Assembly: GCA_977016875.1 (NCBI GenBank)
Contig: CDRNST010000035.1
Span: 310,001-374,000, forward strand
Length of the DNA: 64,000 bases
Reading direction: 5' to 3'
Origin: Pavona decussata
Taxonomy: Eukaryota
The position numbers and the translations under genes were made by a program. Under the pieces are notes generated by a model. The model worked only from the letters and a program-made list of their open reading frames with translations. It was not told the DNA's origin and made no database searches. Positions 39,701-51,300 of this stretch are shown in pieces; the first letter of the stretch is position 1, and each line of letters opens with the position of its first letter.

Positions 39701-42700
39701 CAAAAATTTTGTTATGGGCCTTCATTGTTGGTGAAATTTGATGTTATCATAGCAACAATATTTTTTACAGGTTGGTTATTTAAAATATTGACATTTCCTG
39801 TTTCTTTCTTAACGGACTCTTTTGGTTAGATTTAGATTGTGTTTTTCTCTTTTAGTTTTAAGTACTTTATGGTCAATAAATTGGTGGTACGGCGGACGTT
39901 TTTGAAACATCCAGAAATCCAAGATGGCAGATCCAAAATGGTGCCATTTGCGGAAATCATGGCGGAGTTCACCCTTACGGACCTCAAAGGAAACATATTT
40001 GATGTGCTATATACCCTACTGACAAGTTTGCTGCCTTAATTAATACTCTCGGATTTCCTTTCTGGTCTTAGAATACTGAAAAAACAAAAGACTTTTCTGA
40101 ACTCATTCGAGTCGGATAGAAAATCATTCATTTGGCGATCAATATGAGTAGCTAAGGCACTTCCGCCCTAAACGCCATTCAGGCTTTGGTTCAGACTGTC
40201 ATCATACAGAAATTGGAAAATACTGTAGAACAAAAATACACATTAAATAACGCTTCAACCAGTTAGACCATTATTCTTATAATTTTATAGCACATGGCAT
40301 CACAATGGGAGTCAAAACTTGCGTGCAGTGATGAAATTTTGCTGTCTATTGAATTCGAATGGCTTAAGCCGCTAGTGAAACACTTCACATTAGCATTGAC
40401 TACGGACTTGCATTGACAGCTTGTTCTAATGACGGCTTGCTTTAAAAAGCTCAATGAGCATAATACATGCATCTGAGACCTAATAAAACCTAAGCAGAGG
40501 CCAACATCGGGGGTGAAATGAGAGCAAACACAAGAAACAGCTAATCCGACCAAATATATAAAGTTCCACTACAAGGCTAAAAGATAAGAAACCTTTGATT
40601 CTATAGGATAACTCCTTCAGTTTTTGTACAAGATAAAAACTGCTATCCAAAGAGGCCCTATATACAATACTATGTGATAGACATCCAATGATTTTCTCAT
40701 CAAACCGTCACCAGTTTTAATTCATTTTACATACCGAGGATAGAAAAGGACCCATCTTTTGTTGTTTAAGCCAGTAGAGAAAGAGTAGATTTACTATAAA
40801 GTTGGCACGTTTTATTGCCCACGTGGCCATGCAATTCATTAACTGCAAAAATGGCCCGGAAATGGAGGCGATTCACTGTTCTTCGTCGACATGGCGCCGT
40901 TTTGGCAGGAATATTAACCTTAGCCGAAGCTTTTTTTTTCTGGAAATAATGATATTGCCTTTTTGTTTTTCTCAGTTTTTAACGACTGTAAGAGTAGCTT
41001 GTTGATTCGGGTTTTACAGTTTGATTTGGTTTCGTGGATTAAATGGAGACTTGAGAGAAAATAACACTCAGTCTGGCTGGAGGTTTCGTTAACATAATAA
41101 TGTACCAAAAGATAGCATTGCGTCATAGTGGATATTTTCTCCCTAAACACTTAAGTTTGTACAATATAGTGTCTAAATTTTAAATTTTCAAACGCAATTG
41201 GAAAAAAAGGCAATTTCAGCTAGGCAGACATCAATTAAAAGATTGAGGTGCTTTGCGGTACAGTGCAGCAACACAAATAACGAGGCAGACACTAAGATAA
41301 CGAGTACAGCTGGGTTTGCTAAGGAAGAGTTTAAATTTTATGATATATTTTAAATATAATTCATGCTATTTTTCACGTACTTACAAGGAACATAATTGAC
41401 TTTTTGGCTGTTGCTGTTTAGCAGAAATTTCCGCACTTGTAATGTGCCCTCTTTTTAAATAAACTCATTTCATACTAAAAAAAAAAGAAGGAAAAATTGA
41501 TTTTAATTATCCAGAAAAATAAATGAGAAAGGTGAGTACTCTTGAATGTTTCTTACTATAAACAATTATGAATTTTCAGGATTGAATCCCTTTCGTCGTC
41601 CTTGCAATTAATATTTTCATATTATTTCTTCCGAATCCCTGCCGATATTCTCCGAAACCCTAACAAAGGAAGGTTTATTTTAATTAAAATTGAAGACTGT
41701 TCTATAACAATCTAATTTGATTTTATACCCTAAAACGATAGTTATTTCAAATTTGAATTGAATATTGAATATTTCTATTGTTCTGTAAGAGAAAGTAATA
41801 AAGTTAGCCAATTGCAAATGACAGCACGTTTGGAATAAAAAATATAGTGATCTCAGTCGCAATTTAGTGACTTAAATGGTGAAGAAATTTAAAGGCGTTA
41901 CACAGAAACCAGCTTTGGTGTTCTAACCAAAGACCATTGCCATACCAAATAGACGATGTAATTTATTTCTGTTTAATGATATGTCCAGTTTGGAATATTC
42001 TATTTTGCTTTCTACTTGGCCGGCTCCTCGGCTATGATGAAAACACGTTCAATTCGCTTTTCGTTTCAAAGTCAAGTCTGCTTGATTTCAGCATCTGTGA
42101 AAGGTCGAGTGTTTGAACGTTTTTATAATTGTCAAACTCAAGTGTCAGAAAATATTGCCCTAATCACGGTTGTTTAACTCAGGAGTTTGTATTTTTAACA
42201 TTGGAAGGGGGCGGGGGGAGGGGGGGGGGGGGGGGGCGTGAGGGAGTTTTCGAAGTCCTTAAGTTGCAAGTTTAGTATGCGAAAAATTGTTAGAGCAACC
42301 TCATAATGCTTGGAAAAGGTAAACTAGATTCGCATCTCATTATGGTTAAATTATGAATAAACTAGTAAATATATAGCAGCATTATTGGGCTTAATGTGGC
42401 GTTCTTAGCTTATTTAAAGCGTATAATTAAGTTTAGAATTATCACGATTTGAAGTATAATGTTGAGAGCTGTGACCATTTTACTTATAGCTGAGAAACGG
42501 GTCAGTTACAAGTGATACCTGTAGCTTAGAAATGGCCGAAAATTTATCTGATAACCGAGATACCTCCATCAAGAGCTCACGTTATTGCTCGTGAACAATC
42601 TTTACGCTGGGACGGATATTTTAAATAGACCCTAGAACATTACTATCGTTGAAAGAAGCTGTTTTCTTTGTTATGATAACTGCAAGTATATCCCCTACCC

Positions 42701-42922
42701 CCACTCTACTGTCACAACTGTCGTCGTTAAAAGCATAGCAATAACTCTTAACCTAACGCATCCGACTGGTGTCGGAAAGTCATACATCTGGCTTCATTCG
42801 AAATCCAGCGGGAACTAATCAATGTTTTGAAGTCCACAGGCATGATCAACTGAAAAATACAATTTACTATTAAGGCTCTTAGGGCCTGTCTTTCAGCTGC
42901 GAAGGGAAAATGGAAATTTATC

Positions 42923-42991
42923 AATAATAATAATAATTTAAAAGCTTATAAGGCGCAAATATCTACATAAATATATTCAAATGCGGCATCC

Positions 42992-43054
<63 letters not shown>

Positions 43055-43146
43055 TAAAAAAAGAAACTTATGGCTAAAATTAAGAAATAGTCTAAGCTAA
43101 AAATGCCTTTTCAAAAAAGGTGAGTCTTCAGCTTTCTCTTAAAGGT
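42923..43146 (-). mobile_element. 5'-truncated CR1/L2-clade LINE 3' end with (TAT)n tails
   Basis: Minus strand encodes FKRKLKTHLF, typical of the extreme C-terminus of L2/CR1 ORF2, followed by (AAT)n arrays at ~42992-43050 and ~42923-42937 on +. Confidence 0.7.
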
Positions 43147-44223
43147 TTATCCTAAGCAGCTTAAGAAACACCGAGGGACACAACTGTATTTCTTCAGGCA
43201 CACAACTGTCTTCATGTTCTAATTGACAGAATGAATTCATTCAGTGCTATTTCGTTCTTGTGTGGGCCATCCCTCTATCTGTGTAGGTGGTAGAATCGCT
43301 CCATGTACCGACTTGCATACATTGGCGCCCTCTTTGATCTTCGAATATGAAAATACACGATTTAGCTTTAGAGTTATGAACTGAAAAAAACTAAATCAAA
43401 AGTGTTGGTTAATCTGTCTTAAGAATTTCTCGATACGTAGCTTATTTAACTGAACACGTCGGTAAAAGGTATTGCGTTTCTATTTAACCTTGGGAAATAT
43501 GTTCTCGTTGTTGCTATGTAGAAATCATAAATATAAGATTTAATCTGACTATTTAAGGACTAATTTTCTATGTTCAGTCTAGACCTTTTAAGTTGAGCAC
43601 TCGTGAAGCTCTAGGCAGTATAATTTTAGCGATTTTTAACGTCGATTATGGTCCAACGTTTGAATAAAAGTTAACGGAAGTCCTTGTTGTTGTTTAGCTA
43701 GAGTAATAGATATACAAACAACTCAGCAATTATAACAAAACTTTTCGGTGTCCTTTTCCTTTCCTAAAGTTTCCTACTTGATTAGATAAATATCACAATA
43801 GTAGGAAGTTATTGAATAAACAGTATCATCAACACACTAAAGTACATTCAATGTATATGACTATATTACATCTTATTCTATATTTATCTTCTACACAATG
43901 ACTAAAGCAATTTGTATATTTATTTTTATATATACAACATTGAATATAATCTTTAACATAAATCAAATAAATTCTTAGTTCAGGCAGTAATACAGGCGTG
44001 TGTGCACTAGCAAAAGTGATAATGGTCAAGAAATTTATACTCGTATCAATATCATAGTTCAAAAGTGCACATTTGACAAAAGTCCACTTGGAAAACAAAA
44101 AACACAAAAACACCGTGGTAAGTTATTGCTTAATTGCGCCGATTCGGATGGACGCCTTAAAGATTTCGTCCACCGAGTGTGACTCAGCTGAGATTTACCT
44201 CCCAAGGCAATGATCCTGTGCAG

Positions 44224-45482
44224 TTAGTGGCATCCACAAGTTGAAGCAACCATTCCACCATACTCAGTCAATGCAATCGATCTATCACTAGTCTTATACA
44301 AAACGCTGATACCGTGCAGTTTGGTGGGAGCACATGATGGAGACGGTATGCGACTGTCCATTCTGTGTAGAATGTTTTGCAAAATGGCATGGTTGGTTGG
44401 TTCAACGTGCATATCAAGAACACTTGAACAAGTACCCTCACAGTAATTTGCGCTGTATCCACTTGGAGCGATAATCCAGTTCCACTTTAGCTTTTTGAAC
44501 TGCACGTAAACCCACCGCCGTCGGCAGGTCCTGAAGGCTGACCGCTTAGCACGGTTTGTTGGCGTTGTGGAGGCGTTTGCAACGATGTATTCCCCTTCTT
44601 CTCGAACTAGGTTATTGTTGCAATTTTTGAAAGTTTTTGACGATTTGGCTTTTAAATGTGGATTTTCAGTGTATGTCACCAAGAATGGTGCTCTTCTGCC
44701 ACGACTGCCGATGCGAAATTCTGTGGGAAAGGCCTTCATTCCTTGAACACTTAGCATTAAGCCAAAATTTTCTTTGGGTTTTTCTTTCCAGAATTTAACT
44801 GCAGAAGTTATATTGAAGCTAATCCATCGACCGACACTTTCTTTGTAACTAACAAGACGAGAAGCCAAAAGAACTTTGTTGTTCTTTGGTTGAATGCTTT
44901 TGTCTTGCGACGGCCTTTTCAAGCGGAACAGTCTGATCTTAAAATGCCCTAATCTGCTGCTATAACCCAGTGGCTTCTTCTTGTAAATTCTCAACTCTGC
45001 TTTCTTGATTTTCTCTTGGGCTGGAATCGTAGACAAGTTGAAGAATAGTTGGTGATGAAGTGGCACTGCATGCTCGTTTTTCCCTGCGGCTGAAGTTAAG
45101 GCAACAAGCAGTGAGATGACAGTCAATGTGTATTTAACTTGGCATACAGTTTGATGGCTCGTCTTTAAAAAGTTTTAAGCTTATTAGGCAAAGGTATATA
45201 CTTACGTTCTCGTAAAAAGACTCTTACTATGTCGGACTCCCTTTGATATAATCTTCCCCGAGGTAAATGCGTTCGCTTTCTGTACAAATCAAGCAGGAAT
45301 CTTGGAACTTCGGCCTTCTCTCTTTCTTTGTTTGGCTGTTTGGCGGAGCGAGCTTCTCTCGCCACGAATTTCCGAAGTAACCCGTTTGAATGACTGTAAA
45401 CCTTATTAGAAATCTCGCCATGTAAAACGTAGATTGAGAAATTAAATATTAAAAATGCTATAAACATTGAATAGAGTGCCAT
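44224..45482 (-). CDS. TGF-beta superfamily ligand, BMP-type (ADMP/BMP5-8-like, divergent), 380 aa
   Basis: Exon 1, 45482-45206: signal peptide, VPRFLLDLY, SDIVRVF. Exon 2, 45089-44224: LFFNLSTIP…KAELRIYK, WISFNIT, PFLVTY, furin site RAKR, and the mature cystine knot C…WIIAPSGYSANYCEGTC…PTNHAILQ…SCAPTKL…MVASTCGCH. Phase-1 GT-AG intron 45205-45090. Confidence 0.95.
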
Positions 45483-47445
45483 TTGATTACGCTGGACGGA
45501 ATGTTGTTATCGAGTTCGAAGATGACTCACTCTAGTACAGAGTTCACGAGATTGTCGCACACCGCTTTATACAGCAATACCAGCTCTCTTTCGAACAGCC
45601 CAGTCGTCTTTTCGAAGATTAATTATAGGTAGGCGGTTTGCTTTATGTCTCTTAAACTGCAGTTTAACCCATATCGAAAGCGAATATTCATGTAGATGCT
45701 TCAGTTAACTGCCCGCATTGATATGACAGCTCTTCACGGTCCACTCCACATGCGTCAATAGATGGCTCAAAAACACTCGTTCAAATTTGGTGAGGCGTTG
45801 AAGGTGGGGCGGAAATATCTCCAAAAAGGGACAAGCATCAATCAAACCGACCATTCTTGGTCATAGCACAAAAGGAAATATAATTAAATAAGCGTGGCAG
45901 AGTCGCAATGATCAAAGGTTTTAAAATAGATCATAGCCACCTCACTTCACAGTTTTCAAGGTGAGAGCTTTGTCTACTGACATGCAAATTTCTACCTCGA
46001 AAACATGAAAAACGCATTATTCAAGTGCCATTTGGAGGCGTTACTGCACCACTCCATTGTTTTAAATCGCCACTTAAGTCTAACAACTGGAAATGCTGAC
46101 TTACCAACTTTTATGTTACTGACGTAGTTGTCATTGAGGTGGAACTATGTCATAGTTCTGTAGTCATAAATACTTTGACTAAACCAACACAATCTACTGT
46201 TCCACCTCAGTGGCTTCTGTATAGTATTTAAGATACACATTGACGCATTCATCGACTCTTAAAATTGAAAAAAACACCTCGAGGAATGTCTTTTCCTATG
46301 GGATACTACACAATGGAGTTCTGAAAAGAAAGAGAATGACAGGCTGGTATACCTTCTGTTTGCTATATTTTTTCCTTCTAAGAAAGTTTACAGCACGACT
46401 TGTAGTTGACAGTGTTATTATGTTCAATATTCTTAGAAAAACCAAGTTTTTCCGTTTTTCCACTTTTGAGTTGGGTCACATACCGGATGGCTTTCCTATG
46501 TGGGTATGTTAAATGAGCAACGACATATTACAACGTTTATATTAAAAAGGTAAAGTTTTGCTGCTTGCTATTTCATGGCTTTTTGCTGGAAAATACTTTT
46601 TTGTAGGTCATACATTTTCTCACTTTGCTGTTGGACCATCGTATCCAGCAGGATAGCCCCATAGCAGATTTAGCAGCCCTTCTCAAATAACCTTCTGCTT
46701 CTTCTTCTTTAGTTTGTTATTTTTTCCCTTTAAAGTTCTCTTGTTTTCGCCAGTCAAAATCCAGGCCCCATTCTCGTTTGGCTGGGTCCAGAGAGACCGA
46801 AATCACCTTAGTTGCTGAATTTTTGACCCTCTTCGGGACATAGATTTCAATTTTTTCCCAAACTACCAATAAAAAAGGACACATACCGTTCACCATTCGT
46901 GGTATTTTCACCCTGCATCACAGTATCCAGTTAAGCATTAGTTGGTTTCGCTATGTTGGATCTCTCTTGCAGTCCATATCTGATTATTTTGCTTTAACTA
47001 CTTTGCAACAAGTTTCAGGTTTTGGTAAATAACCATTTTGGGATTTTTAGTTTAAAAAATTGTATAAATTACGTTTATTTTTCTTCACCTCTCTTCTGCA
47101 GCGCGTAAACATTACAAAATTTTCGAAAAACAAATCTGCTGAGTAAACTGTAGTCCAGTTAAATACTAATAATCACTTTTTTATGGGACAATACTGATCT
47201 GGAATACATTCATCTTTATTCATTCAGTGCTACATTTTACCCCCAGGACGTCTTACTGATCCAAACCCGCGAAGATTCACATCAATTAAGTTTTAAAGCA
47301 GTCGGAGATAAACACCTTACACAGCACAAAATGTTAAAATGGTGCCAAAGATTTGAATGACAACGATAAGTGATTTTTCTTGGGTGGCACAATACCTTTA
47401 ATAACCATTGCAGTTAAATACAGTGTACATTCTTGAAACAAGTAA

Positions 47446-47717
47446 AGGCCCGTTTACAGTAAACGGTTTCAACACAGTTGTTGAACCAAATGTCGTGGGC
47501 GTTTGAACAGGTAGTTCAACATTATTGAAAGCGTAAAAAAAAATGTTGAAAGTGTGTTGAATCAAGTTCAAATCAATTCAACATTTTCTGTGTTCTTGAA
47601 AATGTTGAATGGCATTGAAACCGTTTGAACACTTCGTTCATCCAACATTTGCCCAACATCCGTTCAACTTTTATTGAACCAATGTTGGCAAAATGTTGAA
47701 ACCGTTTAAAGGGGCCT
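47446..47717. mobile_element. PIF/Harbinger-type MITE
   Basis: TIRs AGGCCC…AAACGGTTTCAACA / TGTTGAAACCGTTT…GGGCCT flanked by TAA on both sides (47443-47445, 47718-47720); internal TGTTGAA/TTCAACA repeats. Confidence 0.8.
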
Positions 47718-48316
47718 TAATAGTTAATGTAATGGCAAAATATAGAAAAACACACTGTAGCAACTCCAGTATGGTTAGACTGCAACCAAATTACCAAAGA
47801 AGTAATGAACAGCACATTTGGCCTTGTAAAGACTCATCATCAGCATGGCGTAGCCTCAGATAGAGAGCGGAACTGGAGATTCACCACTTGTAAGCAGATT
47901 AAAACGCCCTCTTGCGGTAGCCGTTAGAGTAAATAAATGGTGGATGATACACGTTCTGTCTGAGTCTATACCATATATACTGATGAGTACTAGCAAGGAT
48001 GAAACGGCCTTCATGGTTGCCACTGATTCTCTGACAATCATGAGCTAAGTGCATGCTAAGAGTAATGACCATATAACGGACTTGAAGGAACATACTTCTT
48101 CCTTCCTCAAATCTTTTTTTAATTTCTATATCAATAAAACGCTGAAATATCAGACCTTTCTTTGGCTAGGGGACCTTTCTTTTCATCTGTGAAGGACTGA
48201 GAATTAAACAACTGTCTAAACTGTTAGGGAAGCGCTATAAAAATGTGCAAACGGATAGTTCGTCAATTAATCAATAAAATCATCCATTAAATGGTCCTCG
48301 GGCATCATTGCCACAG

Positions 48317-51300
48317 TTACAGTTTTGTTGATTGACCCTCCTCTAAGTAATTATTCGTAGACGTCTCGTCTTCTAGCTCTTTCTCCGATTCACTTGCCTC
48401 GTCCCCAGTCTCCCAATAGCACGACTTCTTGGCCAGGTTCCTCAGAATAAGTTGGCGAATGACCTCTCTTCTCTAAAATTAGGGAAAGCATACTGTAACA
48501 AACCCATTGCAGGATTCAGATGATATTCAGGTTAAAGGGAATTGAATTTCTTACACTTTCTTGGAAGATTTAAGGAAAAAATAAAACAAAGCAAAACATA
48601 AAAATAAGGATAGCAAAGGCGCTAAGTGACAGTCTGATTGAAAGCCTTTCGTGAGTGAAGGAGAATGACCAATTTTATTCAAGGCTTTACACCAGTCAGT
48701 CAGTTAGCCAGGAATAAAACAAATTAACCTTGACTGATAACCTTGAAAAGTTTAACAACATAACATACCTCCTGCTCGGAAATACTTTCAACTTTCCAGG
48801 TCGGTTGAGGCTTCTTCAGGCACTATTAAAGTAGTTACATAAAGAACATATATATATTTTTATTTTGTTAAAAATTAAAAAAAGACACTTGTCTTAAAAT
48901 TTTGTCAACTGACACAAACAAACAAGCATACATAATGATAACGAGAAGATGCTCTGAAAAGTTACGGTAAGAAATATTGATTACAGCTCGGTTTCATGAC
49001 CACCAACTCACAAGTTTTTAAATAGTTTAGATATATTACTTCAGGCCGGGTTTTGAGGCACCAAGCTATCTAAAGCATCGCCGCGTACTCCTGCATGGAT
49101 AGAATCTTGGTTGTTTTTAATCCTCCTGCCATACGCTCTACCTCTTGGATATATTTTATTAAGTTTCCCCATTTTCTCAGGATTTCATTTTCATATAGTT
49201 ATGTATCAGTCAATTCCAGTAGTGCCCACCCTCCCGGCCATTAGTGGGACATTTTCCACATTGTCCGTCCCATGAGTCGGGATCAGTCAGCCCCGGGACA
49301 TTTAACGACCTTTTGATTTTCACCTCACAGCACAGTCACTTTCTTTCGATTAAACTATGTCTAAGGAAGACAAAAATTAGATGGTGGATCCACAGAACTA
49401 ACGGTCACTGAAGCGATACTGAGAAATTTGACCAATCTGTGACTTAGTTTGGCCTTAATAAACTTTCATTAGAATGGGGGTAATCTCAGAAACCAAAAAA
49501 ATCAACTTATCTTTGAACTGTACCTTGGGGCATTTGAACAGTTCGTTTGTCCCCGCCGTTGGGTATTATACCCGGTGATCAGTCGAGGGGGGAGGGGAGG
49601 GAGGGGGACGGCTGTTGGAAATATTTGATATATTATTAGAGAGTAAAATGTTTTACCTGTAAAGACGAGGGTGGAGGTCAGAACTCAACAGAGTGATCCT
49701 AACACTTACCCTCGGCAAGAAACGGAAGGATGCAAAAATGCATTTGTCGCAATTCGTTTCGTTATATTAACATCCAAGTTCTCCCAACTTCAATTCACAG
49801 AATTGTCTGTGAAAGCCGACGGAAAAATTGTTATGTTTACCTTTTTTTTAATCACTTTGAAAATGTGATTTATTATCGCAGAGGGTCAACGGTAAGGAAC
49901 AATTACTACTCTTTAACATTCCTACAGTCCTCTAATTTCCCAGGGTCGAAAAATAAATCAGCTTTATGGAAAATGAAATGCATTAAATGGACTTTGAAAC
50001 CTGTCAGACCGTTGAATTTGTCTAAATTTCACTGAGATAACGTTTTCACTGCCGCGAAAAACCACCAGGACGGTATTTTTAAATTAATTGTTGTGATAAA
50101 CAAACGGTTGTAGGCACTAACCTGGGCACCAGGACAGCAACGCGTGACAAGACGTTTGATAACCCACAGGAATGGAAGCAACACGTAAAGAAGATTGAAC
50201 GGCGATGGCAGAACAGCTTTCTTGTACGCCCAACTCAACCACAGCTTGGTTCTCATGAACTTCCATTCCGTATCCAAGTTAGCCTGTCAACCATTTCAAT
50301 TTATTTTAAATTAATTCTGCTCAATAGCTTTTTTCACGGTTAACTCTGCTCATTTGAATTACAATGAAATCTAGCATGTATGTGAGGGCTATTTTGTAGC
50401 TTTAGCCCGAAATTGCCTCGCAATCACGTTGGATAACATTGTAATGCAAATGAGAATAATCAACCGTGAAAAGGGCTATTTATGCCGCTTCACTGTGTTT
50501 GGGAGCCTCAAGAAACGGTTACTAGACTGAAAACGGTTCAGTTGATAGCGTCAACTCCCACTGTGTTGTGCCTACTTTTATAACTTTAAAATAAGGCGTC
50601 ATGAATAAAAAGTATTTGTAATGAGAAGTAAGTTGATGTTGCCTCTTTAGAGTATGGAATTTTTACGCCTGTCAAACAATCAATATCAATATAGTTTCCA
50701 TGTTATAGTGAAAGTTTGTACACCAGATGGACTGCTTTGAGCACATTTAATTCTAAACTTCCAACCGAACCGTACAGAATCATGGATCTCAGTCAGGATG
50801 TGTGTACCTTTCTAATTATCTGTTTATCTAAGGAAGTATTTCTCATGGCCTCACCGTTATCCTGGTGAATGATTCATTGAGCATTGCAATGAGCATGTTA
50901 AGGGCCACAACAACCGCTGTGATGTTGAACACAGCAAATAAAAGGACACCTGTTTCCGATATAAGAATGTAAGGCTCCTCGTCAATCTTAAAACTGTCGT
51001 GGTTTATGTCACCGAACAAAGACCAGAAGATCGTTTCCACACTGCTGGAAAACCTACAAATAGAAAAATCACAATTTAAATAACGATCGCTTGACCGTCA
51101 GATCCTCACTGAATAAAATCTGCAAGAAAGCATATGGANNNNNNNNNNNNNNNNNNNNNNNNNNNNNNNNNNNNNNNNNNNNNNNNNNNNNNNNNNNNNN
51201 NNNNNNNNNNNNNNNNNNNNNNNNNNNNNNNNNNNNNNNNNNNNNNNNNNNNNNNNNNNNNNNNNNNNNNNNNNNNNNNNNNNNNNNNNNNNNNNNNNNN

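Noticed and set aside
42206-42243. Long G run and other C homopolymers (5399-5416, 30210-30232, 54547-54563) as G-quadruplex elements
   Set aside because: Simple homopolymers, error-prone in assemblies, with no supporting context.
18170-43335. Scattered GGCGCC sites as BMP/Smad response elements
   Set aside because: Those I checked lack the GTCT/GTCTG partner at 5-bp spacing, and their number is compatible with chance.
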